IMG/VR virus record: IMGVR_UViG_3300032243_000128
Span: 1 to 39,980 of that record
Origin: a virus
Taxonomy: Duplodnaviria > Caudoviricetes
Reading direction: 5' to 3' (one strand)
Length of the DNA: 39,980 bases
Part shown: piece by piece, positions 1 to 9,675 of the stretch
Position numbering within the stretch: position 1 is the first letter of the stretch
Layout of the letters: every line of letters begins with the position of its first letter
Translations under genes and position numbers: made by a program
Notes under the pieces: model-generated
The model's database searches: none
Told to the model about the DNA's origin: nothing
What the model saw: only the letters and a program-made list of their open reading frames with translations

Positions 1-1079
1 CCTTTGAGCATGCGCCCACCATCCGAATAGCCGCCAAGATCAGCCAGACCGCCATGTGCATATTGCGCACGATAGTAGTTGGGTGTTGCAGGTTCGTAAC
101 CAGAGTATGCGCCAGCGTTGAAAGTGGATTTGTACTTTGGTTTTTCGTAGGGTTTGGGTTTATTTAAGTAGTTGACCAGTGCGTTTGCGCCCATTGCCAT
201 AGACAAGGGGTTTTTCTTTGCATAATCCAAACCTTGATTGAACAAACTTTGAAGCCCACCAGTTTCGGGGGGTGCGGCAGCATCGGGGCGCGGGTATGCC
301 GTGTTGTTTACATACTCATAAGGTTCAGGTTGACCCCCCATTACTTCGTTCATTGCCGACTTTGCGGGTTTTAGTTGTTCTGCAACTTGTGTAGGAAACC
401 TGTCTGCACCGGGAGGCACGTTCATTGCAGATTGCGTTGGGCCAAAAGGAGACGAGTTTGTACCCGGCCCCTGCATTGCATCAGTAAACCGAAGATTGTT
501 TGGATCAACAGGAGGTTGCGGTTGTATGGGAGGTGCCGCAGTAGGCGCAGCAGGTGGTGTCGCAGGAGGCCCAAAATTGGAAGGTGGTATATATGGTTCG
601 CCCGGCGGCACAATGTTAGGCACAGAAGGGGGTAGTGGCGATAGTGGTGTGCTTGGAATTGCTGGGGGAGGTGTTACAGGAGAAGCTGTTGCACTGACAA
701 GCTGTTCAAGACCTGTAGGAGCGTTACCCGCAACTTCTTTTGCCAAAATTTCAATGCCGCTTGCTGAACCAGCGCCTGTACCAACACCTGCACCAAGACT
801 GTTAATGCCGCCGTAGCCTCCCATTTGTGCAGCTGATACCGGTGCGCCCCCATTTGCGCCTATGGCTTGAAGCACCGACTGGTTTGTAGCGGCATTGGTG
901 GCAGTAGATGTGGCAGTGTTTACTGCGGCTTGTCTTGCGGCTTCAGCCGCAGCTTGTTCAGCGGCGGCTTGTGCAGCGGCTTGTGCGGCGGCTTGTTGAG
1001 CAATTTGTTCCGCAGTCATTTCTGCGACGGTTGTACCAACGGCTTCTTCTACCAACACTGGTGCGGCTGCAAATGACAT
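1..1079 (-). CDS. Internal virion/ejection protein candidate, 3' end runs off the window; Ala/Gln- and Pro-rich
   Basis: Missing from the ORF track. Read manually from ATG 1079: MSFAAAPVLVEEAVG...AQQAAAQAAAQ...YAHGGLADLGGYSDGGRMLK, open to position 1. Lies after the tail genes, with a GAGGGGT SD upstream. Confidence 0.75.
   Translation of the reverse strand, partial: MSFAAAPVLVEEAVGTTVAEMTAEQIAQQAAAQAAAQAAAEQAAAEAARQAAVNTATSTATNAATNQSVLQAIGANGGAPVSAAQMGGYGGINSLGAGVGTGAGSASGIEILAKEVAGNAPTGLEQLVSATASPVTPPPAIPSTPLSPLPPSVPNIVPPGEPYIPPSNFGPPATPPAAPTAAPPIQPQPPVDPNNLRFTDAMQGPGTNSSPFGPTQSAMNVPPGADRFPTQVAEQLKPAKSAMNEVMGGQPEPYEYVNNTAYPRPDAAAPPETGGLQSLFNQGLDYAKKNPLSMAMGANALVNYLNKPKPYEKPKYKSTFNAGAYSGYEPATPNYYRAQYAHGGLADLGGYSDGGRMLK
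964..996. repeat. Short 12-bp tandem repeat (GCGGCTTGTGCN, ~3 copies) encoding QAAA repeats
   Basis: gcggcttgtgca gcggcttgtgcg gcggcttgt seen directly. Confidence 0.7.
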
Positions 1080-1080
1080 A

Positions 1081-1392
1081 TCAAACCCCTCTTCTCATTA
1101 CAACAAGCCCTTGCTTGCGACTTAGTTCTTTGAAGCCAAACATGGCTATCAACTTCTGTGCTTTGACATCGTTTTCAAAGGGTGTAGCATACACTTCCTT
1201 GTAACTTTTGTCTCTTAAAAATGGCAAGATTTGTTCTGCCAAAATGCTTTTGTACCGCTTGAACTTGCTGGGAGTCCATGCCCCCGGATTAAAATGCAAA
1301 TGCAAGGCCGCTTTTGTCCGGTTAACCACGAAGTCACACCCAACGCAAATATCTGCATCTTCGTATAGCTTTTCTCTTACAGGCTGCATCAT
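1081..1392 (-). CDS. Hypothetical protein, possibly GNAT-fold (T7 gp13-like position)
   Basis: Start re-called to ATG 1392 (ATGA overlap with upstream stop). C-terminal 'EVYATPFENDVKAQKLIAMFGFKE' resembles the GNAT N-x-x-A-x-x-L...GF motif. Confidence 0.5.
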   Translation of the reverse strand: MMQPVREKLYEDADICVGCDFVVNRTKAALHLHFNPGAWTPSKFKRYKSILAEQILPFLRDKSYKEVYATPFENDVKAQKLIAMFGFKELSRKQGLVVMRRGV

Positions 1393-2036
1393 GTTGAGAG
1401 CGCCGATACAAATGAAAGTGTTGCTACAACGGACTGGGTGGCTGGTTTGGTTGGCGATCCAGACGCGGGATAATATTGAATTGTTACAGCAGCGTTGGTT
1501 GTTGACCAGTAAATTTCTATGTACTGCCCCGCCGTCATGCTTACAAAGTAGTTCCACCCGTAGATAGAATGAAATGGGTCGCCAACACCTTTTCTAGCGG
1601 GCATACCAACGATTCCAGTAGAACCAGTAATGTCTACCCCATTTTGCTTAAGCCAAATAAAAACATCTTGGGATGCGTTATCTGTATTTTCTAGTTGAAC
1701 GCTAAATTGAAGGTTGTATATACCAGCATTGGCTACAGTAATCTTGGATGATGATATAGATACTTCGTTGGAAAAGTCAGTTGTATCCAACGTCATCAGG
1801 GTGGCTGTGTTGGCTGTTGTGGTTTGATCTACACCGCTTGAAAATGCCCCGTAGGGAAGCCGAAGATACCTGCCACCAGACTCTCCCAGCAATGCTCCTG
1901 TCAATCCATCTATTTGATTAAAGTACAAACGCAGGATGTTTGAGTACTGCTCAATAAATTGAGCGTCGTATTCATTAGGAGCCGCAGGCAGGCGCGGCTG
2001 AACAAAAGGTCTGTAACGGTTAATAATTGTTGCCAT
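1389..2036 (-). CDS. Tail/virion structural protein (beta-rich C-terminal domain)
   Basis: 215 aa, coupled to upstream gene by TAATG; 'PRLPAAPNEYD' N-terminus and 'AGIYNLQFSVQL' beta-sandwich-like segment. Confidence 0.65.
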   Translation of the reverse strand: MATIINRYRPFVQPRLPAAPNEYDAQFIEQYSNILRLYFNQIDGLTGALLGESGGRYLRLPYGAFSSGVDQTTTANTATLMTLDTTDFSNEVSISSSKITVANAGIYNLQFSVQLENTDNASQDVFIWLKQNGVDITGSTGIVGMPARKGVGDPFHSIYGWNYFVSMTAGQYIEIYWSTTNAAVTIQYYPASGSPTKPATQSVVATLSFVSALST

Positions 2037-4282
2037 TACCTTCTTCCGTCCGGTCTAATGTCAATACGAGGCACACCCAACTGCCACTGAACACCTAACG
2101 TATCTGAGCTTACTTGGAACGCCATCTGACGACCACGAATCCTGACATACACCTGCTGAGTGAACTGCTGAATAGCGTAAGTTTTCTGGCTTTGATAGTT
2201 CTGCGTACTGGTTACCGATGGGTCATTGGACGAACCATAGTTTGCACCGGGGAATGTACGAGGTAAAACAGTAAACATACATGAGGGCTGATTCACATTT
2301 GAGCCATCAAAACTCAAGTCAGGGATAAGTCTCCAGACAAACCCAAAGTTATGTCCGTCCCCAATGTCAAAATCAGATGAAGTCACAACTGAAGAAATAG
2401 GGTTTGCTGGATTGACTACACCATCATCCACACCAGACTCATGGTAAACAAGCAACGTGTTGGTGCTGCCGCCAGCTACGCCGTAAGTTGCAGCCAATGG
2501 ATATGCACGAAGCGGACTGTCCAACCACGCTGTGCGACCTTGCGAAGCACCCAAATAATTATCCCAATCCCCGTAGTACCAAACGTTATCCACATGGTTA
2601 TAGATGACATAGCGGTCAATGACGGTTGAACCCGCAGAACAATACTGCCACCAGACTTCGTTGTAGCCTTCGTTTGTGCCAGCCATGAATTGGTAGGACT
2701 GCTCAAGGTTGATGTCTGAATAAACATACTCCCGCAGGGTAGATACAAGCGTCTGCACCCGACCAGAATACATATAGAACTTGTCTGTACCCATCCAATA
2801 GGTGATATTGTTAGCGGTTGCTATTGCATTTGGCCCCGCAATAGATATGTTGTCTCCCATTATTTGGAAGCCCCAGACATAAGGTGGGCCAAGGTACTGC
2901 ATAGAATAAATGGCTGCGTCTGTCAACACCAAAATCTCTTGACGAGTCTGTATAGCAGTCACAATCTGTGAGCCATGACTTAAACGGTAGCTACCCGCTT
3001 GGTTTGTTGCCTGCGGATACCATGTTGCAAAGCTCTCTTGATTTGACCAGTAAATCAGCAATGGATCTTGAACCGTGCTACCAGCTACAGAATCGTTTAC
3101 ACCAAAGGCAATAACAAACCGAGAGGCATCAGACACCAGTACATAGTTGGCTACCGATGGGCAGTAAGCGTCAACTGTGATAGAGCCTGACTTTGTAGAG
3201 ATAACCTGACTGGGGCCAAGCAGTACGCCACGATTGAATGTGCTGGCTGCGGCTGAGTTTGCCCAATAATACATAGGCCCACCACGAGGATTAAAGACCA
3301 AATCCTCACCAAAGTTTGACTGGCTCCATAATCTAAGCTGGATGCCAATACCTACAGTGGCAGAAGAACCCCAACCAATAAAAGTTGTAGACTGAACAAC
3401 TGATGCACCGTTTGCATGGGTAGTAGCTGCGCCAGAACCTGTGCCGCTTAATCCACGGGTACAGCCAGTAAATGTTGTGCCGGTCTTACCTGTGTAGGAA
3501 ATGGTTTCTGAATCAATCAGGATATTGCCGGTAGTGGTAAACGCTGCGGTCGAAGTCACCGTCACTGTTGTGTTAACCGAAGATAGCGTGCCGCCAGAAA
3601 CCGCAGTAGTCGCCGCGCCCGTGATAATGCCGCCCCAAGTACCAGCACCCCAGCCCACGTTCTGAGAGTAAACATCTTTACCCGTTGTAATTTGGTAAGC
3701 GCCTATAACTGAAGCGCCGCCGTTACCTGAATCGCTTGCAGTTGCCGCAACTGATGATGTGATGGTGTATGAGTTTGAGCTGACATACGAGGCAATTTGA
3801 AACTCAGCGTTCAATATGGTGGCTGTGATTGCACCGCCCAAAGAGGTTGCCCCGCTAAATGTTACAAAGTCGCCTGCTTGTGCGCCGTGGGCTGTATCTG
3901 TAACCGTGATTGTTGTAGACCCGTTGGATGCGGCAAAGGTAACTTCACCTGCGGAAGTTGTCGAACGAATAGGGGTAACGTCGTAGGAGTATCCGTTTGT
4001 ACCGTTTTGGATATAGTACTTGAGGTTTGTGCCAATTGCCAATAAGTTATACCCAGCCAGATTAAGCCAATTCCACATTCCCCTAGCCACCCCCCACAAG
4101 TTACCTGTGGTTGGCTTTAACGCAGATGTAGTTGTTCCAGTGTCGGCTGTCCAGCCGCCAATCTTTTCTGCTTGCCCAGAACGGAAACGGATCTTGTTGG
4201 AAGCGTAGTACCCGCCCTCATTGGCGTAAGAGGTGCTTTCTCTGTTTACACCGGGACGAAGGGCGAGTTTTTGTAATGGCAT
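2036..4282 (-). CDS. Tail nozzle/stabilisation-like protein (P22 gp10/T7 gp12-like position) with inserted beta domains
   Basis: 748 aa; W/G/Y-rich beta-propeller-like repeats, C-terminal 'RIRGRQMAF...WQLG..RIDIRPDGRR'; position in tail module. Confidence 0.65.
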   Translation of the reverse strand: MPLQKLALRPGVNRESTSYANEGGYYASNKIRFRSGQAEKIGGWTADTGTTTSALKPTTGNLWGVARGMWNWLNLAGYNLLAIGTNLKYYIQNGTNGYSYDVTPIRSTTSAGEVTFAASNGSTTITVTDTAHGAQAGDFVTFSGATSLGGAITATILNAEFQIASYVSSNSYTITSSVAATASDSGNGGASVIGAYQITTGKDVYSQNVGWGAGTWGGIITGAATTAVSGGTLSSVNTTVTVTSTAAFTTTGNILIDSETISYTGKTGTTFTGCTRGLSGTGSGAATTHANGASVVQSTTFIGWGSSATVGIGIQLRLWSQSNFGEDLVFNPRGGPMYYWANSAAASTFNRGVLLGPSQVISTKSGSITVDAYCPSVANYVLVSDASRFVIAFGVNDSVAGSTVQDPLLIYWSNQESFATWYPQATNQAGSYRLSHGSQIVTAIQTRQEILVLTDAAIYSMQYLGPPYVWGFQIMGDNISIAGPNAIATANNITYWMGTDKFYMYSGRVQTLVSTLREYVYSDINLEQSYQFMAGTNEGYNEVWWQYCSAGSTVIDRYVIYNHVDNVWYYGDWDNYLGASQGRTAWLDSPLRAYPLAATYGVAGGSTNTLLVYHESGVDDGVVNPANPISSVVTSSDFDIGDGHNFGFVWRLIPDLSFDGSNVNQPSCMFTVLPRTFPGANYGSSNDPSVTSTQNYQSQKTYAIQQFTQQVYVRIRGRQMAFQVSSDTLGVQWQLGVPRIDIRPDGRR

Positions 4283-4285
4283 TTC

Positions 4286-4627
4286 TTAACCCACGTTACG
4301 TTCAAAATGAGGGCAATCCACAAGATTGGAAAAGTTTCCGCCCCAGCGGTTCTTTGGATGCAACGATTCCCAGTACGCGCCCAAAGGAGCAATGGTCGCC
4401 TTGTCCCAGATTATCTTCCCATCCTTAAAGAAGTTCAAGTCTATGGCACAACGCTTGAGGTGGATAGAGTTCATGGTCTTGGAGCGACCTGTCTTGAAAT
4501 ATATTGCTTGCTGTTCAGGTGTACGGGCAAGCTCCCCGCCGGTAACAACAAAACCCTGTTCTGTGGCGTACTGGATGAGTTTGCAGGCATCCAGCAAGAA
4601 TGCGGCTTGTTCTGTGTTTAAACTCAT
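4286..4627 (-). CDS. Endolysin, peptidase M15 family (L-Ala-D-Glu peptidase-like)
   Basis: Motifs R-T-x-E-Q-Q, SxHxxxxAxD (SIHLKRCAID), WGGNF, DxPHFE; adjacent to holin. Confidence 0.85.
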   Translation of the reverse strand: MSLNTEQAAFLLDACKLIQYATEQGFVVTGGELARTPEQQAIYFKTGRSKTMNSIHLKRCAIDLNFFKDGKIIWDKATIAPLGAYWESLHPKNRWGGNFSNLVDCPHFERNVG

Positions 4628-5133
4628 TTCTTCCTCATTTCTGCCAGTTTCTCAACTGTGCGTCCACCAAAGTATGCGCCCATGATAAGCATTCCCCAGT
4701 TACCAAGCAAGGTGACATAGGACTCATTAGCGTTGTAATTAAATGCCGACATCATGGCAAACAAAAAATATCCCGCAAAGATAGCTATAAGGCTCAGAGG
4801 GCGGATGTTTTTAGATAGCCAAGAGTCAGATGCCATGTCCGCCTGCCAGCGATCCGTAATGTTGTCGGCATCGTTCTGGGCAGCTTTGGCAAACAGTTCC
4901 ATTTCAGCCAATTCCATCTTGGCTTTCTCAATACCCAACTCAAGGAGCTTTTCCTCATGGGCAAACTGCAATTCCCGCAGCTTGGCAACATCTTCTGCAC
5001 TGGGGTTGTCAGGAATCTTCACGCCAAGCGTGTTCTCAACCACCTCTTTGCCTTTGGCTTGGATGGCGCTAGATAGTAACCCTAGCCCGTTTTGGGCAAG
5101 GCTACCGAGGAGGGTTGCGATTATTGGAATCAT
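4624..5133 (-). CDS. Holin (3TM/GTA-type holin family)
   Basis: Start re-called to ATG 5133. 'DSWLSKNIRP' followed by hydrophobic helices and 'GAYFGGRTVEK'; directly upstream of the endolysin. Confidence 0.75.
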   Translation of the reverse strand: MIPIIATLLGSLAQNGLGLLSSAIQAKGKEVVENTLGVKIPDNPSAEDVAKLRELQFAHEEKLLELGIEKAKMELAEMELFAKAAQNDADNITDRWQADMASDSWLSKNIRPLSLIAIFAGYFLFAMMSAFNYNANESYVTLLGNWGMLIMGAYFGGRTVEKLAEMRKK

Positions 5134-5284
5134 CTCTTTCCTTTCTTTCAAGCTCTCGCCTGAGTTTCTCTACTTTCTCTACCTGCGCCTTGACTTCATG
5201 CTTGGCTTCCAGAATATCCAGATACAGCATCCCAAGCATTGGCAAAAAGAATCCAACCAAAATCAAAGCAGCTACCCAGCCCAT
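5102..5284 (-). CDS. Small membrane protein (TM + coiled coil), lysis-cassette associated
   Basis: ATG 5284 in TAATG overlap with upstream stop; MGWVAALILVGFFLPMLGMLYL TM helix followed by a charged coil. Confidence 0.6.
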   Translation of the reverse strand: MGWVAALILVGFFLPMLGMLYLDILEAKHEVKAQVEKVEKLRRELERKERDDSNNRNPPR

Positions 5285-5964
5285 TACGTCTTCCCCCACC
5301 GGTTTAGAAGAAGAAGCCACATCCAAACGTACAGGAGGAATATAGAACTCACGATCAGGTACGCTGACTTTGCCCGAAGGTTTCGTTTTGCCTCCTGCCG
5401 TTGCCATTGTTTGTACCTTTGCTGCGCTTCTTGTTTCAACCTTGCCTGTTCCTGTTCCTGACCAATGATTTCCCGCATCTCAAACACTTTGCTGTACAGC
5501 GCTCCCAACTCAGGCGGGGATTGGTACACCATTGTTTCTCTGACCGTTACTATCAGTTCTGCCATCTGCTGCTGCGCCATCACTCTTTGCAACGCAGTTT
5601 CCATCAAATTAGCATCAGGGTCATAGACGTTTCTGGACTTTTCTTCTGCCTCCCGAATGTGCGTTGCTAATTGTTCTTCAAGTCTGAACAGCTTTGTAAG
5701 CTGACTGACAATATCTGCCATGACTTGGGTTTCGTCAACGGCAACGAACTTCTCCTTCTTTTTCTCCACAGGCTTGGACGGGGTTGGGTCTGTTCCAAAC
5801 AGCTTTTGCCAAAAACTCCGAACCTGTTTTGCATCTGAGACAATTTCATCGACAGTCTTCTTAACTTCCATGAAAGAAGTTTTAGCGTCCTTGTACAGCT
5901 TGCATCCCTGCTTGATAGCGGCGACACAAGCATTGGCGGCAAAGAGAATACTGATCGGATCAAT
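5284..5964 (-). CDS. Coiled-coil membrane-anchored protein with probable ATT start
   Basis: Frame is open 31 codons upstream of ATG 5871, to ATT 5964 (IDPISILFAANACVAAIKQG). Preceded by a GAGGTGA SD and an in-frame TGA two codons upstream. C-terminal TM segment. Confidence 0.65.
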   Translation of the reverse strand: MDPISILFAANACVAAIKQGCKLYKDAKTSFMEVKKTVDEIVSDAKQVRSFWQKLFGTDPTPSKPVEKKKEKFVAVDETQVMADIVSQLTKLFRLEEQLATHIREAEEKSRNVYDPDANLMETALQRVMAQQQMAELIVTVRETMVYQSPPELGALYSKVFEMREIIGQEQEQARLKQEAQQRYKQWQRQEAKRNLRAKSAYLIVSSIFLLYVWMWLLLLNRWGKT

Positions 5965-5972
5965 TCTTCACC

Positions 5973-6623
5973 TCACGACCATGAAATGTAAACAACACCA
6001 GCCACACCAGAAGTTCCTTGAGTATTTGGGTTTGCAGGGCCACCGTCACCACCTGTTCCGTAAGTTGTACCGTTGACAGAAACACCCGCGCCCCCTTGGG
6101 GAACACCGATACTAGTTTGATTTCCTAAAGTATTTGGTTGTGTACCTGCACTACCTCCGGGGCTGCCAGCAGTGCCTCCACCGCCTGAACGATTACCAGC
6201 ATTACCCCCAGCGCCAGATTCGTTATAGCCAGTGCCTCCAGCGCCGCCAGTCGCAGTAACACCGTTAAATGTTGTACTACCCCCAGCAGTACCTATAACA
6301 TTAGCATAACCACCGCCTCCACTGTTTGCCCCAGCATCTCCTACGCTATAGGCAATGATTTGTCCCGGTGTAACTGCAAGAGTCTGATTTATATAACGAC
6401 CCCCGCTACCACCAGCACCACCTACTTTATCGCCATAGGTGTAGTTATTATTTACGCCGCCAATCTGGTAACCGGCTGAGCCGCCACCGCCACCAGCAAC
6501 GATGCTGTACGTTATAGAGAAAATACCTACAGGAACGGTAAAGTTACCAGAACCGCTGGCATATGTAGTAGACCCCGCAGGCGTTTTTTGACCCGCCATA
6601 AGAGTTTGCATAATCCCACTCAT
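5973..6623 (-). CDS. Glycine-rich tail fibre-associated protein
   Basis: Start ATG 6623 (ATGA overlap); 'IVAGGGGG', 'GGAGGSGG', 'AVTPGQIIAYSVG', C-terminal 'GVVYISW' typical of phage Gly-rich domains. Confidence 0.75.
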   Translation of the reverse strand: MSGIMQTLMAGQKTPAGSTTYASGSGNFTVPVGIFSITYSIVAGGGGGSAGYQIGGVNNNYTYGDKVGGAGGSGGRYINQTLAVTPGQIIAYSVGDAGANSGGGGYANVIGTAGGSTTFNGVTATGGAGGTGYNESGAGGNAGNRSGGGGTAGSPGGSAGTQPNTLGNQTSIGVPQGGAGVSVNGTTYGTGGDGGPANPNTQGTSGVAGVVYISWS

Positions 6624-7738
6624 GACACAGTTCCTGAGATAACGCAAAGAGTACTACTGATAAACAGGATTGTAGCCACGCCACGGGTAATAAGTGACAC
6701 AGAAGTCTTGTTTGTATCTACGCCGGAAATGTAGGCATTTGAGGTAGAGCAAGTGATTGTCACTGTGCTTGACGTATTGTTGAACAAAGATACAACGTCG
6801 CCTTCAGCAAATGTGCTGTTTGGAATGATGATGCTGCCGCCTGAACTTATTTGTACATACTTGCCAACATCGCTGGTGGTCAGCGTGTAAGAAGATGTCT
6901 TTGTGCCAACTGCGGGTACGTTTCTGAACCCAACGGTGAAGTTTTCGGTAGGCAATGTGGCTGTGTAGTTTGTCGCACCTGCGTTGGCACTGGCAATTGT
7001 TGTGTACCCTGTACTTGAGCCGGGGATTCTTGCCGAGGTCAGAGTAGGTGTGGTCAGGCTAGGGGAAGTACCCAGAACAACTGCGCCTGTACCGGTAGAA
7101 GTTGTGACTCCAGTGCCGCCGTTAGCCACAGGCAGGGTTCCCGACACATCAGTGGTTAAAGCCACTTGGGATAGCGTAGCGTTTGTACCGTCTGAGCGAA
7201 GCACTCGGTTGTTTGTTTGCGTACCAGTCAGTGCATTGATGGCGGCTTGAGCAGTTGTTTGTCCTGTACCGCCATTAGCAATAGCCAAAGTACCAGTCAG
7301 GCCTTGAGCTTTAACGTCATATACGTTTGTGCCGTCTGACCAGATTATAATTTTGTCTGCTGCGGCAAGGGTTATCCCTGAACCGGCGGCGGTTGTATTG
7401 CCGATGACTGTAGAGTTGTACACCGTGATTGCATAGCTGGTGTTGTTCCAAACAACGTATTGTTTAGACGCAGGTGGGATGTAAACGCTGGTAGCCGCTG
7501 ATGCCCCTGTGAACTTGAGCATGGCATATACCGCTTGGTTTAAGTTGGCGGTAGCTGATGGCCCATTGACGTAGGTCAGGGCTTGAGATGTCGAGCTAAT
7601 TGGCACAGCTTGGTATCCGGCAATGGCTGTGTCTAGGACGTAGGCAAGGTTGCTGTCCGTTGTTGCGCCCCACGCACCGGCTTGGTCGCCTGAGCCGATC
7701 AGTTCGATTCGCAAGCTTGAGGAATATGTGCTGCTCAT
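6620..7738 (-). CDS. Tail fibre protein
   Basis: 372 aa, Thr/Ser/Gly-rich; repeated 'GTL(A/P)(I/V)ANGGTG' shaft motifs. Confidence 0.75.
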   Translation of the reverse strand: MSSTYSSSLRIELIGSGDQAGAWGATTDSNLAYVLDTAIAGYQAVPISSTSQALTYVNGPSATANLNQAVYAMLKFTGASAATSVYIPPASKQYVVWNNTSYAITVYNSTVIGNTTAAGSGITLAAADKIIIWSDGTNVYDVKAQGLTGTLAIANGGTGQTTAQAAINALTGTQTNNRVLRSDGTNATLSQVALTTDVSGTLPVANGGTGVTTSTGTGAVVLGTSPSLTTPTLTSARIPGSSTGYTTIASANAGATNYTATLPTENFTVGFRNVPAVGTKTSSYTLTTSDVGKYVQISSGGSIIIPNSTFAEGDVVSLFNNTSSTVTITCSTSNAYISGVDTNKTSVSLITRGVATILFISSTLCVISGTVS

Positions 7739-7747
7739 GATTGTTCC

Positions 7748-8014
7748 TTATTTGGTAATGTTCACAATGCGACTATTATCTTCTAACGCAATAAATTCAT
7801 GACTTTGGTCTGATGGGAAATCAATAACTGCCCCAGCTCTGTACTCAGCTTCCCAATTATTGCCGTGAGCTTTAACTTTTCCTCGGGCCACGATGGTGAT
7901 ATGCGCATTGCCTTCCTGATGCGTGTGCATAGGTAGGGTATCCCCGGCTTTCTCAAAGGTGTAGACAATGCCGGAAAGTTTTCCAGTATTGAGCGGGATA
8001 CTAAGCAATGACAT
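7748..8014 (-). CDS. Cupin-fold protein
   Basis: Start re-called to ATG 8014 (GGAG SD); 'LPMHTHQEGNAHITIVARG' and 'PSDQSHEFIALED' cupin motifs. Confidence 0.8.
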   Translation of the reverse strand: MSLLSIPLNTGKLSGIVYTFEKAGDTLPMHTHQEGNAHITIVARGKVKAHGNNWEAEYRAGAVIDFPSDQSHEFIALEDNSRIVNITK

Positions 8015-8258
8015 TTGGAACTCCACCGATTGTTGTGGGAGGGGTTGGAGTAGTTGAAGGAGTTGGTTGTGGGGGTTCAATAAATTGACCCATTACGTAT
8101 TTCCACCCTATTCCTACTCCGCTCCATTCTCCAATTAACCCTACTGGAAGTTCAATTAGTATTATATTTGAAGGTATAGTAATTTCAGTTACACCATCAT
8201 AAAAAATGACGTTTTCGACAAGCTCTGTTTCGGTGTTGATCCATGCGTAATTTTTCAT
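8001..8258 (-). CDS. Small fibre-associated protein (chaperone-like)
   Basis: ATG 8258; 'NYAWI...VENVI...GIGWKY..GQFIEP' pattern typical of genes following Gly-rich fibres. Confidence 0.65.
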   Translation of the reverse strand: MKNYAWINTETELVENVIFYDGVTEITIPSNIILIELPVGLIGEWSGVGIGWKYVMGQFIEPPQPTPSTTPTPPTTIGGVPNVIA

Positions 8259-8269
8259 TTTTTTACCCT

Positions 8270-9391
8270 TTACCAAGAAGTAACAATAATTCTGCCCGCT
8301 GCTCCGGCGGCATTAGTGCCACCGCCTCCTCCGGGAGCTGTGCCTGCTACACCAGCGGCACCACCAGCGCCGCCAAAATAAGAAGATCCCGCACTAGTGC
8401 TATTGCTAGCGCCACCACCACCGCCATAAAATGAAGACGTTGCTGAAGTATAGTTAGGATAAGTAATTTCGGTTAAACCACCATACCCCCCTCCCCATAT
8501 TGCTGGCGGATTGCCTTGGGTAAATATGCCGCAAGAAGAATTATAAGTACCGCTTCCACCAGCATCAAATCCTCCAATAACCCCTGTTGGAGTGCCTTGA
8601 GATCCACCACCGCTTGCGGCATAATTACCACTTGAAGCGCCGCCGCCATATGCATAAAAAGTGGTTTTTCCATTGATGGCTGTTGTAGTGGTAAACGAAG
8701 AAGTACCGCCTGCTGTATTAACCGCTCCAAAACCACCCACTGTTGCTGTCACTGTTGCAGCTAAATAAGATATTGGACAAGTAAACTCAAAATACGCGCC
8801 GCCGCCCCCGCCACGAGTGTTATATGCGCCATAACCGTAACCGCCCCCACCACCGCCCCACAGTTGAACACGCACCATTGACTTGCCAGAAGGTTTTGTC
8901 CATGTGCCTGCGGAGTTAAATGTTTGAACGTCGGCTGAACCTAAAGATGGCGCTGATGATGTCCATGCAGAGCCATTAGAAGTAAGCACATTTCCTGTGG
9001 TTCCCGCTGCCGATAAACCTGTACCGCCAGAAGCAGCGGGGAGTATCGAGCTATTGGTTGCTGTAATCGATGTGCCTTCGGCATAAATTGACCGACTTGA
9101 TGGGTATGTACAAAACACATTTTTTGTACCAGCGGAAAGATTAACTGCTGCGCCCGAATTACTTGATGCAAGTATGGTGTCCCGTGAAAGAGTTGTGCCT
9201 GATGTTGTATATGTACCAATACCAACTTCCCATTCGGCAGATGTGTTACTGGCAATTGCATAGTAGGTTGTGTTTGCGTTGCCGATTGCCGCAAATGTTT
9301 GGTATCCAAGCACAGCACCACCAAGCGTAAGAGTGCCCGTACCAGTTGTGGTAGTTGTTTCTTGAACGCGATCTTTAAGTACTAGTGCCAT
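8270..9391 (-). CDS. Fibre protein B: shared N-terminal anchor + glycine-rich C-terminal domain
   Basis: First ~97 aa nearly identical to 10289..11047; 'TFNSAGTWTKP...VQLWGGGGGG...GRIIVTSW'. Confidence 0.8.
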   Translation of the reverse strand: MALVLKDRVQETTTTTGTGTLTLGGAVLGYQTFAAIGNANTTYYAIASNTSAEWEVGIGTYTTSGTTLSRDTILASSNSGAAVNLSAGTKNVFCTYPSSRSIYAEGTSITATNSSILPAASGGTGLSAAGTTGNVLTSNGSAWTSSAPSLGSADVQTFNSAGTWTKPSGKSMVRVQLWGGGGGGYGYGAYNTRGGGGGAYFEFTCPISYLAATVTATVGGFGAVNTAGGTSSFTTTTAINGKTTFYAYGGGASSGNYAASGGGSQGTPTGVIGGFDAGGSGTYNSSCGIFTQGNPPAIWGGGYGGLTEITYPNYTSATSSFYGGGGGASNSTSAGSSYFGGAGGAAGVAGTAPGGGGGTNAAGAAGRIIVTSW

Positions 9392-9675
9392 TAATATTTT
9401 CCTTCAGCAAACAAATTGGCAAACACTGTGCCATCTTCTAGAGCTTCAATTTCATGCCATTCGTTTGCTACGAGATTAAATGGAATTGTGTCTTTAGTCA
9501 TTACCACTTCTTTGCCTTCTTTACGAACAACACACGATCCGTTAAAACACATAGTAGCGTGAGCAAAATTATGTTGGTGACGATCCAGTCCCTCGCCTTT
9601 ATTGGCATGGAAGATGTTTAATGTTGCCCCATCATATGTGAGGCTGTGTTTGGGATTTATCCTAACAGTACTCAT
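9391..9675 (-). CDS. Cupin-fold protein
   Basis: 'LDRHQHNFAHATMCFNG' and 'ANEWHEIEALED' cupin motifs; paralog of 7748..8014. Confidence 0.8.
   Translation of the reverse strand: MSTVRINPKHSLTYDGATLNIFHANKGEGLDRHQHNFAHATMCFNGSCVVRKEGKEVVMTKDTIPFNLVANEWHEIEALEDGTVFANLFAEGKY

Noticed and set aside
5284-5407. Long overlap of ORF 5102..5407 with the upstream gene (nested spanin-like arrangement)
   Set aside because: A TAATG-coupled ATG at 5284 with a purine-rich SD explains the gene without overlap, and no lipobox was seen. The longer start cannot be fully excluded.
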